DNA of 64,000 nucleotides from Mustelus asterias (GCF_964213995.1 NC_135804.1:58962001-59026000); one strand, 5' to 3'. Numbered from the stretch's first letter, positions 37,043 through 51,393 are shown. Translations and numbers: made by a program. The notes: a model not told the origin generated them from the sequence alone.

Positions 37043-38310
37043 CATTAAATTCAGTAGAATGAACTAGATCTTTTATCATAATTAGGAGATTAAATTGTAT
37101 ATTGATTTATAATTATGTTTAACTTTGTAGATTTTTAAAATGGTTAGAACTCAATCATGGAGCAACAGAAAAGTTCCTTTTTTTGGAAGACCTTGAATTA
37201 AAAAAAACAAAAATCTGGAAGTTGGGAGTATAACAAGTTAAAATACATGGATCTCTGGCTATAAGTCCAGGACAATCAAACCCGTGTGAATCACTATGTA
37301 ATGCACATTCAAAACATGCAAAAGTTGACGAATAAGGAAGTGGTTGCTCTGTCTAAAAGTTCATTTTTATCATAAGTGCGGCTCTCTAGTTCACGCTTAA
37401 TTATGGAGAATCATAATCATTAATATTCATTACTAAATGAATCAGTGACTTCTGATATTTATATTCTATTATTACTACTATTCTGAAGAGAAAGTGATAA
37501 GAACATTAATCTTTTATTAGGACCTAGAGGTGCGAATAGTTACTGACTGTGATCTAACATACTGGCTAACCTCTGGTGTAACTTCTTTATTAGTCAATTT
37601 AAACAGGATTTGATGAACAGCTGCTGATTTGCCATTAAAAAAGCTGATATTGCTCACAACACTGGATTAAAGTTTATTACGTTTTGCTCATCATTTTATT
37701 TCTGTAACACAAGAACATATATTTAAAAAAAACAGAAGCAGGAGTAGACCACATGGCCCATCTAGCCTGCTCTGCCATTCAATACAATCACAACTAATTT
37801 TGGGCTTCAACTGCATTCTATAACCCACTCCTCGTATCCCCCTTAATTCCCTGAGACACCAAAAATCTGTCTATCCCAGTCTAAAATGCATTCAACCACA
37901 CCCACAACCCTTTTGGATGGAGAATTCCAAAGATTCCCAACACTTTGAAGAAATTTCTTTTAGTCTCAATCCTAAGTGATTGGCTCCTCATTTTGGGGTG
38001 GTGCAGTACTCAACTAAATCCAAATCAGAATGACTGGTGTGACAGGAAGCTAATTGTTAGGTAATGAGCAGTGTGACAGGAAGTTACTGGTTAGGTATTT
38101 TCGTATCCCTGCTGAAATAAATAACATGCCACTGAAAAAAAGTCAGTATCATTAAAAGTTGTTTGCAAATCATAGATTTGAATTTACAGCACAGAAGGAT
38201 ATCATTTAACCTGAAGGGTTGTCCAATTTAGTCCTACACCCCAGTTTTCTCTTAATTACTTGGCAGATTAGTCCTTTTCAAGGATGTGGTTAATTGCCAT
38301 TTAAAGTTTT

Positions 38311-39025
38311 AGACGCAAAAGCCCAGTCTGCAGGTACAACAGGTGATCAAGAAGGCAAATGGGATGTTGGCCTATATTGCGAAGGGGATAGAATATAAAA
38401 GCAGGGATGTCTTGATGCACCTGTACAGGGCATTGGTGAGGCCGCAGCTGGAATACTGTGTGCAGTATTGGTCCCCTTATATGAGGAAGGATATATTGGC
38501 ATTGGAGGGAGTGCAGAGAAGGTTCACCAGGTTGATACCGGAGATGAGGGGTTTGGATTATGAGGAGAGGCTGAGGAGATTGGGTTTGTACTCGTTGGAG
38601 TTTAGAAGGATGAGGGGGGATCTTATGGAGACTTATAAGATAATGCGGGGGCTGGATAGGGTGGAGGCGGAGAGATTCTTTCCACTTAGTAAGGAAGTTA
38701 AAACTAGAGGACACAGCCTCAAAATAAAGGGGGGTCGGTTTAAGACAGAGTTGAGGAGGAACTTCTTCTCCCAGAGGGTGGTGAATCTCTGGAATTCTCT
38801 GCCCACTGAGGTGGTGGAGGCTACCTCGCTGAATATGTTTAAAGCGCGGATGGATGGATTCCTGATCGGTAAGGGAATTAAGGGTTATGGGGATCAGGCG
38901 GGTAAGTGGTACTGATCCACGTCAGATCAGCCATGATCTTATTGAATGGCGGGGCAGGCTCGAGGGGCTAGATGGCCTACTCCTGCTCCTATTTCTTATG
39001 TTCTTATGTTCTTTCTTATGTTCTT
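38311..39025 (+). mobile_element. Young CR1 3' fragment
   Basis: Open 190-aa ORF2 C-terminus and (ttcttatg)n tail. Close relative of 57241-57990. Confidence 0.92.
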
Positions 39026-39032
39026 AAAGTTA

Positions 39033-39325
39033 GGATAGCACGGTGGCACAGTCTTTAGCACTGTTGTCTCACAGCGCCAAGGACCCAGTTTTGATTCCTG
39101 GCTTGGGTCACTGTGTGCGGATACTGGACATTCTCTGCATGGGTTTCTTCCGCATGCTCCGATTTCTATCCACAGTCTGATATATGTGCTGGCTAGGTGC
39201 ACTGGCAATGCTAAATTCTCCCTCAGTGTACCTGAACAGGCGCCAGAGCATGGCGACTAGGGGATTTTCACAGTATCTTCAATGCAGTGTTAATGCAAGC
39301 CTACTTGTGACACTAATAAAGAAAA
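39033..39325 (+). mobile_element. V-SINE with alternative tail
   Basis: tRNA head, V-domain and gtgacactaataaa tail. Confidence 0.78.
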
Positions 39326-39379
39326 TTATAGAATCTTGATTCCACCACCTTTTAGGTAACACATTGCAGGTGTTAAAAG

Positions 39380-42300
39380 AATCATACAGTGCAGAAGAGG
39401 CCCTTCAGCCCATCGAGTCTGCATAGACATGCAAGAACCACCTCCTTCTGCACTGTAGGAATTCTATGATAAGATTATGAGGGGCATGGACAGAGTGATA
39501 GCGGGCAGCTGTTCCCCTTAGGGTTAGTCATGAGGGCCTTTCAGCCCATCAAGTCTGCACTGACAAGAACCACCTAAACTACCTAACGCTAATCCCATTT
39601 ACCAGCACTTGGCTTTGAATGTTATGATGTGCCAAGTGCTCATCCAGGTACTTTTTAAAGGATGTGAGGCAACCTGCATCCACCACCTTCCCAGGCAGCA
39701 TATTCCAGATTATCACCACCCTTTGGCTAAAAAACAACTTTTCTTCATATCCCCCCTAAACCTCGAACTGGTCTCCCCTCGTGACTGACTCTTGAAATAG
39801 CTGCTCCCTATCCCTCTGTCCATGTCCCTCATAATCTTATCATAGAATTCCTACAGTGCAAAAGGCCATTCAAACCATTGAGCATGCACCGACAACAATC
39901 CCATCCAGACCCGACCCCCGTAATCCCACATATTTATCCTGTTAATCCCCCTGACACTACAGGGCAATTTAGCATAGCTAATCAACGTAACCCACACAAC
40001 ATTTGGCTGAGAGAGGAAAACAGAGCACCCAGAGGAAACCCACGTGGACAGGGGAGAACTCCACACAGACATTCACCCGAGGCCGAACTCTGGTCTCTGG
40101 TGCTGTGAAGCAGCAGTGCTAATCACTGTGCCACTCCAAATAAAAAGATTCAGACTTCTTGTACTCCTTGATCAGGTCACTTCTCAGTCTTCCCTGCTCC
40201 ACCGAAAACAACCCAAGTCTATCCAACCTCACTTCATAAATGTTCTATCCAAAGCAGCACCCTGGTGAATACCCTCTGCACCTCATCCAGTGCAATCACA
40301 CCCTCCCCACATTGTGGCGACCAGAACTGCACAGAGCACTCCAGCTGTGGCCTCATACAGCTCCAACATGATCACCTTGCTTTTGTAATCTATGTCTCAA
40401 TTGATAAAGGCATAGATATGTCTTTCTCACCACACAACTAACTTGTCCTTCTGAGAGCTATGGACAAACACACCAAGGTCCCTTTGTTCCTCAGAACACC
40501 CTAGTGTCATGCTGTTCATTAAATACTTCCATGTCAAATTACTCTCTCCAAAGTGTATCACTTCATGCTTTTCAGGGTTAAAGTCCATGTGCCACTTATC
40601 TGCCCATCTGTCTACATCTTCCTGTAGTCCAAGACACTGAATCGCACTGTTAACCACCTGGCCATCTTTGTGTCATCCACAGGCTTACTAATCCTATCCC
40701 CCACATAGTCATCTATCTCATTTATACAAATGATGACTAATAGGAGACCCATCACAGATCCCTGTGGCATGCCACTGGACACTGGCATCTAGTCACGAAA
40801 GCAGGCTTCTGTCTTCACGCTCTGTTTCCTACAACTAAGCCAATTTTGAATCCACCTCCTCAAAATTACTTTGCATCCCATGTGCATTTGTCTTCTTTAT
40901 AAGTCTTCTATGTGGGTCTTGTCAAAGGCTTTGCTGAAATCCATATCGACTACATCAACTGCACTACCCTCATCTACACCTGGTCACTTCAAAAAATTCA
41001 ATCAAACTTTTTAGGCAAGACCTCCCTCTGCCAAAGCCATGATGACTATTCCTGATCAAACCTTTCCTCACCAAGTGGAGATAGATTCTCTCCTTCAGGA
41101 TTTTCTCCAATAGTTTCCCTACAATTGACAAGAGACTCACTGGTCTGTAGTTCCCTGGCCTATCTCTACAACCCTTCTTCAATAGTAGAACAACATTAGC
41201 TATTCTCCAGTCCTCTGGCACCTCACCCACAGCTCAGAGGGGAATTAAATATTTGAGTCAGAGCCCCTGTAATCTCCTCCCACAGCAGCCTGGGACAACA
41301 TTCACCCAGAACTGAAGATTTGTACATTTTTAAGCCTGCCAACAACTCCAAAATCTTGTCACTCCCTATGTTAGTTTGCTCAAGAACCTTGCAGTCTCTC
41401 TCCTGGAGTCCCATACCGTCACCCTCATTCTCTTGCGTGAAGTCAAATGTGAAGTAGTATTTGTTCAACACTTTCCCAATGTCCTCTGGCTCCTCCTACA
41501 GATTGCCCCCTTGGTCCCCACTCTTTCCCTGGATATCCTCTTCCATTGATATATTTATAGAATATGTTGGGATATTCCCTACCTTTACCAGGCAGATTTT
41601 TCTCATATCCACTCTTTGCCTTGTTGAGCACCACCCTGCACTTTCTGTACTTCACTAATGCTTCCACTGATTTGCTCCCCTTGTACCTGCCAAAAGCCTC
41701 TTTTCCTTCTCATCATACCATGAATACCTCTGGTCATCCATGGTTCTCTGGGCTCATTACTCCTTCCATCATCCTAGAAGGAACATGTTAGGTTTGTGCC
41801 CTCCCCATTTCCTTTTTGAATGCCCTCCCACTGCTCTTCTGTAGATGCCCCTGCAAGTAGCTGTTTCCAATCTGCCTTGGCCCGATCCTACCTCTTCTTA
41901 CTAAACCCACTCTTCCCCCAATCCAAAATATTTACTGTTTTTACACACCTCTGTGAATTGTGCACATATTTGCTCCTCAATTTCTCGCTGCCAATCTGGG
42001 GGTCTATAATGAACACCTAGTAACGTGGCTGCCCCTTTTTTATTCTTATGCTCTACCCACAAAGCCTCTTTCGATGCCCCCTCCAAGTTATCATCTCTTC
42101 TTACTGCAGTAACTGATTCCTTAACTAATAATTCTCTTTTACCCCCTCCCCTAAATAGTCTATATCTTGGAATTTTGAGCTGCCAATACTGCCCTTCCCG
42201 GAACCACATCTACTACTAGATGTGATCGCTACTATAATACAATTCCACGTGTCAATCCTCACCCTTAAATCACCTGTAATACTCGTGACATTAAAGTAGA

Positions 42301-43150
42301 GGCCATTTAGCCTTGCCTTACTTCCTTGAAGCTTAATACAGTTCTACTCTCTCTGACTTGATTGTTTTACTGTATTATGCTGTTTCCCTATTCTGCTAAC
42401 AGTCTGTGTCCCCTCCCAATGCCAAATTAGATTAAACTCCTCCCAACAGCACTAACAAACCCACCGACAAGGATGTTAGTAATTGTGCTCTGGTTCAAAT
42501 GTAGACCATCTCATTTGTACAGGTCCCATCTTCTCCAGAAATGGTCCCAGTGATCGAGGAATCTAATACCCTCCCTCCTGCACCAACTCTTAAACCATGC
42601 ATTCATCTGTGCTATTCTCCTATTTTTGAGCTTGCTAGCATGTGCTACTCGGAGTAACCCAGAAATTACAACCCAACAAGTCCTGCTTTTTAGCCTACTA
42701 CCTAACTCCCGGTTTAAAAAAAACACAAGACTTCAGTCCTCTTTCTACCTGTATCATTGGCATCAACATGTACCATGACCTTAAGGGGACTCCTGAAATA
42801 CCTGGCTGTGTCTCTTGGATTGCCTGGTAGTCCCTCATTCCCTTCTTCCCTCAAGTCCTCCAGCTGCATTGTGACTACCTCCATAAACATGCTATTCATG
42901 ATGTTCTCAGACTCACAGATACTCAACAGTGTCCCCAGCCGATGTTCCTGCTCTGAAACCCAAGCTTCCAGGAGCTGTAGCTGGACACACTTCGTGCACA
43001 CATGTTGGTCCCAGGCACTGGAAATGTGCCCGACATCCCTCATAGAACAGAAGTAGCAGACCACAATTTTGAGCTCTCCTGCCTTAACTAAACCCTTCAT
43101 ATTTAGGGAACTTAAAACACAAAGTCCCGACCCTTGCTTAAACAATGACT
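39380..43150 (-). mobile_element. Long degenerate CR1 (ORF1 zinc finger/SGNH esterase and ORF2 remnants) with nested SINE
   Basis: CYFC...CTKC and VHVDAND motifs in ORF1, GVHYRPP endonuclease and NYRPVSL RT remnants in ORF2. Confidence 0.85.
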
Positions 43151-44342
43151 TACAATTTATATAGTTACCATTGGTTCCACAATACTTTCTGAACTCTGAT
43201 GTTAACTTGGAATGCCAATGTATGTCCCTGCACTATCACTAATTTACCATGCTGCTGAAAAGGTAAGTATTATAATCTAGTAACAATTACTCAGCCTCAC
43301 CCACCACTCAGTTCCCTACTCTCTCTGAGTTTATGAAGCTTTGCTACATTCCACTCCTGCCTAGACTGAGCTCCACACTCATTCTTTCAGCTTCGCATTC
43401 TCTGTCCATCCAAATCACTCTCATTTTACCAAGCAGCATTGAGGTTACCTCCATTTTTATAGACCCCAAAAACAATGATTTTGAAACTAAATTAAACCAG
43501 TTGTTCAGTTAACCAGCTTCAGCTGAGTGACTTAGCTGACTCCTGTTTCACAAATGCAACTCAACTGCACCCAATCAAAAAGAGCAGCTTTTAGTTACTA
43601 GATTAAAGAACTAATTTATCTAGAAATTAGTCCTGATGTTAAGTTTAAATTTTGTGTTTGAAAAAAAGTGTTTTCCTCATTTTCCCTCTAGTTTTTGCCA
43701 GTTATCTTAAATCTATTACCACTGGTCATTGACTCATGTGCCAGAGTATACAGTTTCTCTCTACTTTCTCAATCAAAACCCTGCCATTTTTGAGTATATC
43801 AATTAGATCTCCTCTTAACCTTCTCTATTCTAAGGTTCTGCATTCTCTCTGCATAACTAAAGCCTCTCATCCCTTGCATCATTGTAGCAAACCTCCTCTA
43901 CATCCTCTCCTTCCTAAAGTGTGGTGCCCAGAATTGTACTCAGTAATCAAGCTGATGTATAATCAGTGATTCTAAAAGGTGTAATATGATTTCTTGTTTT
44001 TTTTAATTTCATGATCTTATATACAAACTAAGCATCCCATATGCTTTCTTAATCACCATATCATTTTTTTGCCACCTTTAAAGATTTCTGAATATGCATT
44101 CCCAGATCCTTAAGCAATACACTCGCCTGGGAAATTCAAAAAAGGTGCAAGGCTTGAACATATTCCTTTTGTTTGCAGCAAATGTGTTCTTGCATATGAA
44201 ACTATTTCACCTTTGGCAGCCATAAATAAGCCACATTATGTGCTTGACTGATTATCTGAAATTGTGTTTTCCTGAATGCAAGACCAAAAGCATCGGCAAC
44301 ATATCTCAGTTCTGCAATCTTCTGCTGCTATTGTTAATAGTA

Positions 44343-47300
44343 CAGTAAGAAGTCTCACAACTCCAGCTAAAGTCCAACAGGTTTATTTGGTAGCACAAGC
44401 CGCTCCTTCTTCAGGTGAGTGAAGAGTTGTGTTCACAAACAGGGCATATATAGACACAAACTCAATTTACAAGAAAATGGTTGGAATGCAAATCTTTACA
44501 GGTAATCAAGTCTTTACAGGTACAGACAATGTGAGTGGAGAGAGGGTTAAGCAAAGGTGAAAGAGGTGTGAATTGTCTCCAGCCAGGACAGTTAGAGAGA
44601 TTTTGCAAGCCCAGGCAAGTCGTGGGGGTTACAGATAGTGTGACATGAACCCAAGATCCCGGTTGAGGCCGTCCTCATGTGGGCAGAACTTGGCTATCAG
44701 TTTTTGCTCGGCGATTCAGCGTTGTCGTGTGTCGTGAAGGCCACCTTGGAGAACGCTTACCTGAAGATCAAAGGCTGAATGCCCGTGACTGCTGAAGTGT
44801 TCCCTGACAGGAAGAGAACACTCCTGCCTGGTGATTATCGAGCGGTGTTCATTCATCCATTGTCGTAGCATCTGCATGGTCTCGCCAATGTACTCAGGAC
44901 ATCCTTTCCTGCAACGTATCAGGCAGGCAACGTTGGCTGAGTCGCAAGAGTATGTACTGTGTACCTGGTGGATGGTGTTCTCATGTGAGGTGATGGCATC
45001 GGTGTCGATGATCTGGCACGTCTTGCAGAGGTTGCTGTGGCAGGGTTGTGTGGTGTCGTGGTCACTGTTCTCCTGAAGGCTGGGTAGTTTGCTGCAGACA
45101 ATGGTCTGTTTGAGGTTGTGCGGTTGTTTGAAGGCAAGAAGTGGGGGTGAGGTGATGGCCTTGGCGAGATGTTCATCTTCATCGATGCCATATTGAAGGC
45201 TCTGGAGAAGATGTTGTAGCTTCTCTGCTCCGGGGAAGTACTGGACGACGAAGGGTACTCTGTCTGCCGTGTCCTGCGTTTATCTTCTGAGGAGGTCGGT
45301 GCGGTTTTTCGCTGTGGCGCATCGGAATTGTCAATCGATGAGCCGAGCACCATATCCTGTTCTTATGAGGGTATCTTTCAGCATCTGTAGGTGTCTGTTG
45401 TGATCCTCCTCATCTGAGCAGATCCTGTGTATGTGGAGAGTTTGTTCATAGGGAATGGCTTCTTTAACGTGTTTAGGGTGGAAGCTGGAGAAGTGGAGAA
45501 TCGTGAGGTTATCCGTGGGCTTGGGGTAAAGTGAAGTGCTGAGGTGACCATCCTTGATGGAGGTGTGTGTGACCAAGAATGCAACCGATTCCGGAGAGTA
45601 ATCCATGGTGAGTCTGATGGTGGGATGGAACTTGCTGATGTCATCATATAGTTGTTTCAGTGATTGTTCGCCATGAGTCCAAAGGAAGAAAATGTCATCG
45701 ATGTATCTAGTGTATAGCATCAGTTGAAGGTCCTGTGCGGTGAAGAAGTCTTTTTCAAACCTGAGCATGAAGATGTTGGCATATTGAGGTGTGAATTTGG
45801 TCCCCATGGCTATTCCGTGTGACTGGATGAAGAACTGGTTGTTGAAGGTGAAGATGTTGTGGTACAGGATGAAACGGATGAGTTGTAGAATTGCATCTGG
45901 AGATTGGCAGTTGTCAGTGTTGAGTACTGAGGCAGTTGCAGCAATGCCGTCATTGTGGGGGATGCTGGTGTAGAGTGCCGAGACATCCATTGTGACGAGG
46001 AGTGCTCCTGGTTGAACTGCTCCATGTGTGCTGAGTTTCCGTAGGAAGTCCGTAGTGTCATGACAGAAGCTGGGCGTTCTTTGTACAATGGGTTTCAGGA
46101 TGCCCTCGATGCAGTTGGAGAGGTTCTCACACAGGGTCCCATTGCCTGATACAATGGGACGGCCAGGTGTGTTAGCCTTCTGTATCTTTGGGAGGCAGTA
46201 GAGATCTCCAGTGTGGGGAGTACATGGGATGAGAGCATGGAGGGTGCTCTGAAGGTCCAGATCAAAGGTCTTGATCAGTCTTGAGTTGACGGGTGTGTTC
46301 TTTGATCGAATCTGCCGGTAACTGTCTGTAGTGTTCCTTGTTGTTCAGTTGTCGGTACACTTCTTTGCAGTAATCCATTCTGTTCAGTATGACAGTGGCT
46401 CTTCCTTTATCTGCTGGCCTGATGTCAATGTTGTAGTTGGTCTTGAGAGCGTGGATGGCATTGTGTTGTGCTTGGGTGACGTTCGGGGCTGTTTTATGAG
46501 TGCGGCTGATGAATCTCGTATTGATGCACCTCTTGACAGCTTGGGCATACATGTTGAGTTGAGGGCAGCGGCCTTCCAGAGGAGTCCAATTCAACTCTTC
46601 GGTTGCTGCACCGCGGATCTCTCTGTCGCCTGTTCATTGGCTGTCTCATTGTGTTCCAACCCCAAGAGGCCAACAGCAAACACAAGACGCGCTGGATCAT
46701 TGACATGGATGCCATCATCTCACGTGAGAACACCATCCACCAGGTACACGGTACATACTCTTGCGACTCGGCCAACATTGTCTACCTGATATGCTGCAGG
46801 AAAGGATGTCACAAGGCATGGTATATTGGCGAGACCATGGAGACACTATGACAATGGATGAGTGAACACTGCTCCACAATCACCAGGCAGGAGTGTTCTC
46901 TTCCTGTCGGGGAACACTTCAGCAGTCACGGGCATTCAGCCTCTGATCTTAGGGTAAGCATTCTCCAAGGTGGCCTTCACGACACAGCTGAATCGCCGAG
47001 CAAAAACTGATAGCCAAGTTCCACACACATGAGGACGGCCTCAACTGGGATCTTGGGTTCATGTCACACTATCTGTAACCCCCACGACTTGCCTGGGCTT
47101 GCAAAATCTCACTAACTGTCCTGGCTGGAAACAAATCACACCTCTTTCACCTGTGCTTAACCCTCTCTCCACTCACATTGTCTGTACCTGTAAAGACTTG
47201 ATTACTGTAAAGACTCACATTCCAACCATTATCTTGTAAATTGAGTTTGTGTCTATGTATGCCCTGTTTGTGAACACAACTCTTCACTCATCTGAAGAAG

Positions 47301-47411
47301 GAGCGACACGCCGAAAGCTTGTGCTATCAAATAAACCTGTTGGACTTTAACCTGGTGTCGTGAGGCTTCATACTGTGCCTACCCCAGTCCAATGCCGGCA
47401 TCACCACATCG
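44343..47411 (-). mobile_element. Penelope-like retroelement (RT plus GIY-YIG) with inverted terminal duplication
   Basis: MDVSALYTSIPH, GIAMGT, RYIDDIF and NIVYLICC...YIGET motifs. 46683-47375 is an inverted copy of about 44345-45027. TSD ttgttaat(a/c)gta at 44331-44342 and 47412-47423. Confidence 0.92.
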
Positions 47412-47632
47412 TTGTTAATCGTAGCAAAGGGCAAATAGGTGGCTGCAGTCTCGTTTGCGAACACTGGGGGTGCACCATCTCATCATTCCTGTGTCTTAGT
47501 GAGGAATGGCGCAGTTGCCATTGCAGTGATTATTCGTGATCTCCAACTCTGGCAGCACTGCCCCAGTCTGAACTTTAGGTGGTGCTAAAATAAAAGCAAA
47601 ATACTGCAAATGCTGGAATTCAGACAACATTT

Positions 47633-47966
47633 CATAGAAACCCTACAGTGCAGAAAGAGGCCATCTGGTCCATGGAGTCTGCACCGACCACAATCCCACC
47701 CAGGCCCTACCCCCATATCCCTACACATTTACCCGCTAATCCCTCTAACCTACGCATCTCAGGACACTAAGGCGCAATTTTATCAGGGCCAATCAACCTA
47801 ACCCACACATCTTTGGACTGTGGGAGGAAACCGGAGCACCCAGAGGAAACCCACGCAGACACGAGGAGAATGTGCAAACTCCACACAGACAGTGACCCAA
47901 GCTGGGAATCGAACCCAGATCCCTGGAGCTGTGAAGCAGCAGTGCTAACCACTGTGCTACCGTGCT
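47633..47966 (-). mobile_element. HE1-type SINE
   Basis: Near-identical to 94-432. Confidence 0.88.
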
Positions 47967-48247
47967 GTCAGAAAAACTCGTAGTTCTGTCACATCCATAG
48001 GGAGATAAAACTGAATTAACGTTTCAAGTCTTTTTGACTCTTCTTCAGAACTAAAAGGGAGGGAAAATGTGTTGGATATTATACTGTAAAAGAGGAGTGG
48101 AACAGCTAGAACAGTGATGGGTGAGAGCTGGGAGAGATTGCAACAAAAATGTCGCAAATTTAAGAACAAGAGACGGAAGGCCTGGGGAATGGGGGAACAG
48201 AGTCATTTTGTATTGAGATATATGGGATGAAAAAAAGAGATTAAGGT

Positions 48248-48615
48248 GGAGGAGATGGCCTAGTGATATTATTGCTAGACTATTAATCTAGAAACTCAGC
48301 TAATGTCCTGGGGATCGAGATTCGAATCCTGCCACAGCAGATGATGGAATTTGAATTCAATAAAAGATATCTGGAATTAAGAATCTACCAATGATCATGA
48401 AACCATAGCCTATTATCGGAAAAACCCACTCATGTCCTTTAGGGAAGGAAATCTGCCATCCTTACTGGTCTGGCTCCAGAGCCACAGCAATGTGGTTCAC
48501 TCTTAGCTGCCTTCTGAAATGTCCTAGCAAGCCACTCAGATCAAGGGCGACTAGGGATGGGCAATAATTACTGTCTCAGCCAGTGACGTCTATGTCCCAC
48601 AAATGAATGAAAAAA
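48248..48615 (+). mobile_element. tRNA-derived SINE, second family
   Basis: tggcctagtg...gattcgaatcc boxes, same family as 60595-60948. Confidence 0.78.
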
Positions 48616-49013
48616 GGTCACAGTCTAAAGTTGAGCTCAATGTTGAACCCTGAGATGCTGCTCCTCCAGCTTGCATTGGGCCTCACTGGAGCATTGCAGC
48701 AGACCAATGACGGACAAGTGGGCATGAGAGCAAGGAGCTGAGTTGCAATGGTGAACAACAGGCAGGTTGGGGGTCATGCTTGCGGATTGAGCAAAAAAGG
48801 TGTCCTGCAGTCACCCAGGCTGTGTTTAGTTTCCCCAATGTGGAGGAGATTGCATTTCGAGCAGCGAAAACAGCAGAAGAAGAGAAAGCTGGAGGAGGAG
48901 CATCACATCTTCCAACTAAGCACTCCACTGCACTCAGGATTGAACATTGAGTTCAAGAATTGTAGACCTCTCTCCATCTTCATGCCTCTTCCCGACATTC
49001 TTTGCTTTTCTTT

Positions 49014-49072
49014 AGATGGCGCTGTTGCGGGAGTTTCAGTGGTGAGCCGGGTGTTGCCGGGAAATGTAGTTC
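49014..49072 (+). promoter_or_regulatory. OGFOD1 promoter motifs (YY1-like and ZNF143/THAP11 SBS-like)
   Basis: agatggcg at 49014-49021. gccgggaaatgtagttc at 49056-49072 is the reverse complement of an ACTACAnnTCCC motif. Short CpG-rich island. Confidence 0.6.
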
Positions 49073-49128
49073 CAGGTGAGGCAGCGGCTGGCGGTGACAG
49101 GGTTTGGAACGGCTGCTCCGGGGTAGGA

Positions 49129-49282
49129 ATGAGCTCCAAGAGGTTACGGAGTGATCCGGAGAGTGGGATTGATGGGAAGAGATCGCTAAAGCAGCAGGAG
49201 CTTGCAGAACTCAACCCGCTGCTGCTGGAAGCGAAGGAGCGAGTGAGCGAGGCCTGGAGCAGGGGGCTCGAGTACTCACATG
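49129..49282 (+). CDS. OGFOD1: OGFOD1 prolyl 3-hydroxylase, coding exon 1
   Basis: MSSKRLRS...VSEAWSRGLEYSH resembles the OGFOD1 N-terminus (VAEAWSR). G|gtgag donor, 154 nt, CpG-rich context. Confidence 0.88.
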
Positions 49283-50025
49283 GTGAGGGTCAGCAAGGGG
49301 TACGGGGGCTGGGATAAGGGGCTGAAGCTCTTGGAAGATTGGAAAGCGGCCAGTCAGATAATCCAAGGCCGGAGAAATAATTCCAGTGTCAGTTTAGATC
49401 AGTTGTTGGGCTCTTGTGTTAATCAGGCGATCAAGGAGCGCATAATCTACTGGCAAATCCGTGCGGGAGCGAGGAAGCGCTGCATTGGCGGAGTGCCGTC
49501 TTTCAGAAGGCACGTTTGGCCCGATTTTTGGGATAGTAGTGGCAACTAAACTGTCAACATTAACAAAAACCATGTCTCTGAAATTAATGGCAATGTTTGA
49601 CATCCGTATGTGTGTAGTTAGTTATATGTGGAAATCCAAGAGTTGCTGTTACCGATTCCATACTTACCCATAGAGTGCGCTGTTGAAGTTCCCGAGCCTG
49701 TAATCAAATATAAATCGCTGAATCGACAGATTTGTACTTCTTTGGGATTCATCTTGCTGCAAAAATCTTTTACACCTTGTTGAATGAAGTGTAACTGGAG
49801 GTTCTATGGTTTTTTTAAGTTCAAAATTACTGCTGAACAATGTGGAAACTGATTTTATATTTATGGAATGTTAAATTTCTTTTTTATGATTAATATAATT
49901 TTAAATTGAAGAAGTTGATTATATTTCGGTTTCTATCTTAATCCTATGCCTATGTTCCAATCATTTATTTTGCCCTCGGTAAAGCTTTGGTCACTGCATT
50001 TTACTCCCTAGTTTGCTATTTGTGA

Positions 50026-50112
50026 TAAGTATCCAATCACAGTATCTATCCACTGTGGTAAGTGTAAGTATCCAATCACAGTATCCACTATGATTGGATA
50101 CTTACACTTACC
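50026..50112. repeat. Local direct repeat plus 26-bp hairpin
   Basis: taagtatccaatcacagtatc occurs twice. Arms 50057-50082 and 50087-50112 are complementary with one mismatch. Confidence 0.85.
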
Positions 50113-51232
50113 CTACTTAATGAAATCACTAATGTTGGAATCTCTGGAGATACTCTTGACTTAGTATCAGATTCAGACAGAGGTCGGCAAAACAGGAATT
50201 CACACCACAGCAGTGGGTAGTCTTTGTAAGTCGCTCTTTTTGAGGTCAATGGTGAGCATCATTGCTTCACCGCTGATCATGAAATCTGGATCATTAAACC
50301 AAAACTTCACTTCGTTGTGCAGGTGGAAGTAAAAGATCTGTTTGAAGTAGAGTAGTGGAGTTCTTCTAGTATTCTGATCAATATTTATCCCTCAACCAAC
50401 TCCACTAAAAACAAATTTAACTGGCCGTTCATCTCTGCAATCTTTTTGAGAGCTTATGGTGGGAAATGTTGTTTGACTACATAACAATAGTAACTATGCT
50501 ATGAAGATCATTTGTGTGGGGAGAGATAACAGGAAATTTTGCTAGCTGCACATCAATAAAATTGTTGGTTCTATTGTTTGTAAACTGTATTGACTGAAAG
50601 GATCGGGCATCATGGTGCAAATGCAACAGGCACTTGTGAATGGTGTAGTCTTAGGGAATTTCTGTACAGCAAATGGACCAGATATACTGAAGAAATGTAG
50701 GGCAAGAGAATCACTGCAGCAGAGAGGAATGGGCACACTGGAGTACAATGAAAGAAGGAAAAAGTTCACTTGCATTTATGTGATGTCTTTTCATACCCCA
50801 GAACATCCCAAAGTCTTTCACTGCCACTAAAGCAATTTTGAAATTGCACAGGAATTCTATAAGACCTCTTAAATATATGTCTAAACTTCAGCATTTTGAT
50901 TCAAATGCAAAGACGCTGTGAATGGACTGATTTGCACAATCTATACATTCAAACATTATTGGTCAAAAATACAGCTCTGTACATTCTGAATTGTTATCTG
51001 GTCAGAAGAATTCCAGACTAAACCAGGTAGCGTAAATGAGAGAACTTTTCTTTAATCGGTGTAGCAATATACAGATATTTCTTCTTTGTAGTTTTTAGAA
51101 TCTGACAATTCAACTCCCTTTTCACTCTTGCAAAGATGTGGAATGGTAAGCAAAATATTCTGTGTCTAATTTATTGTAGAAGAAGTGCTCCTTGCCAAGG
51201 TAATAACAGTGCTTTTCCTCTTTCCTCTACAG

Positions 51233-51381
51233 AGAAAGATTTGCTGGTGGGCAATCAGCCGTTCACACACTGTTTGATATCAAATTTTATCCAGAGTCAA
51301 ACATTCCTGAAAGGACTTCAGAATGAGCTTCTACAGCTGAACTTTCATGAAAAATCAAATGATCTGTATAAATTCAAGCAG
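51233..51381 (+). CDS. OGFOD1: OGFOD1 exon 2
   Basis: [41 protein letters not shown] with ag/gt boundaries. Confidence 0.95.
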
Positions 51382-51393
51382 GTGAGAAACTGA

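Larger units (their letters stand above)
47585..48970. mobile_element. Old Penelope remnant (second family) with two nested SINEs, abutting the OGFOD1 promoter
   Basis: Terminal motif aacgtttc...cttcttcagaact and C-terminal peptide RKLEEEHHIFQLSTPLHSGLNIEFKN. Confidence 0.65.

Noticed and set aside
48748-49128. In-frame N-terminal extension of OGFOD1 including Penelope-derived peptide
   Set aside because: The upstream part is TE and promoter sequence. The ATG at 49129 already gives an N-terminus of typical OGFOD1 length.
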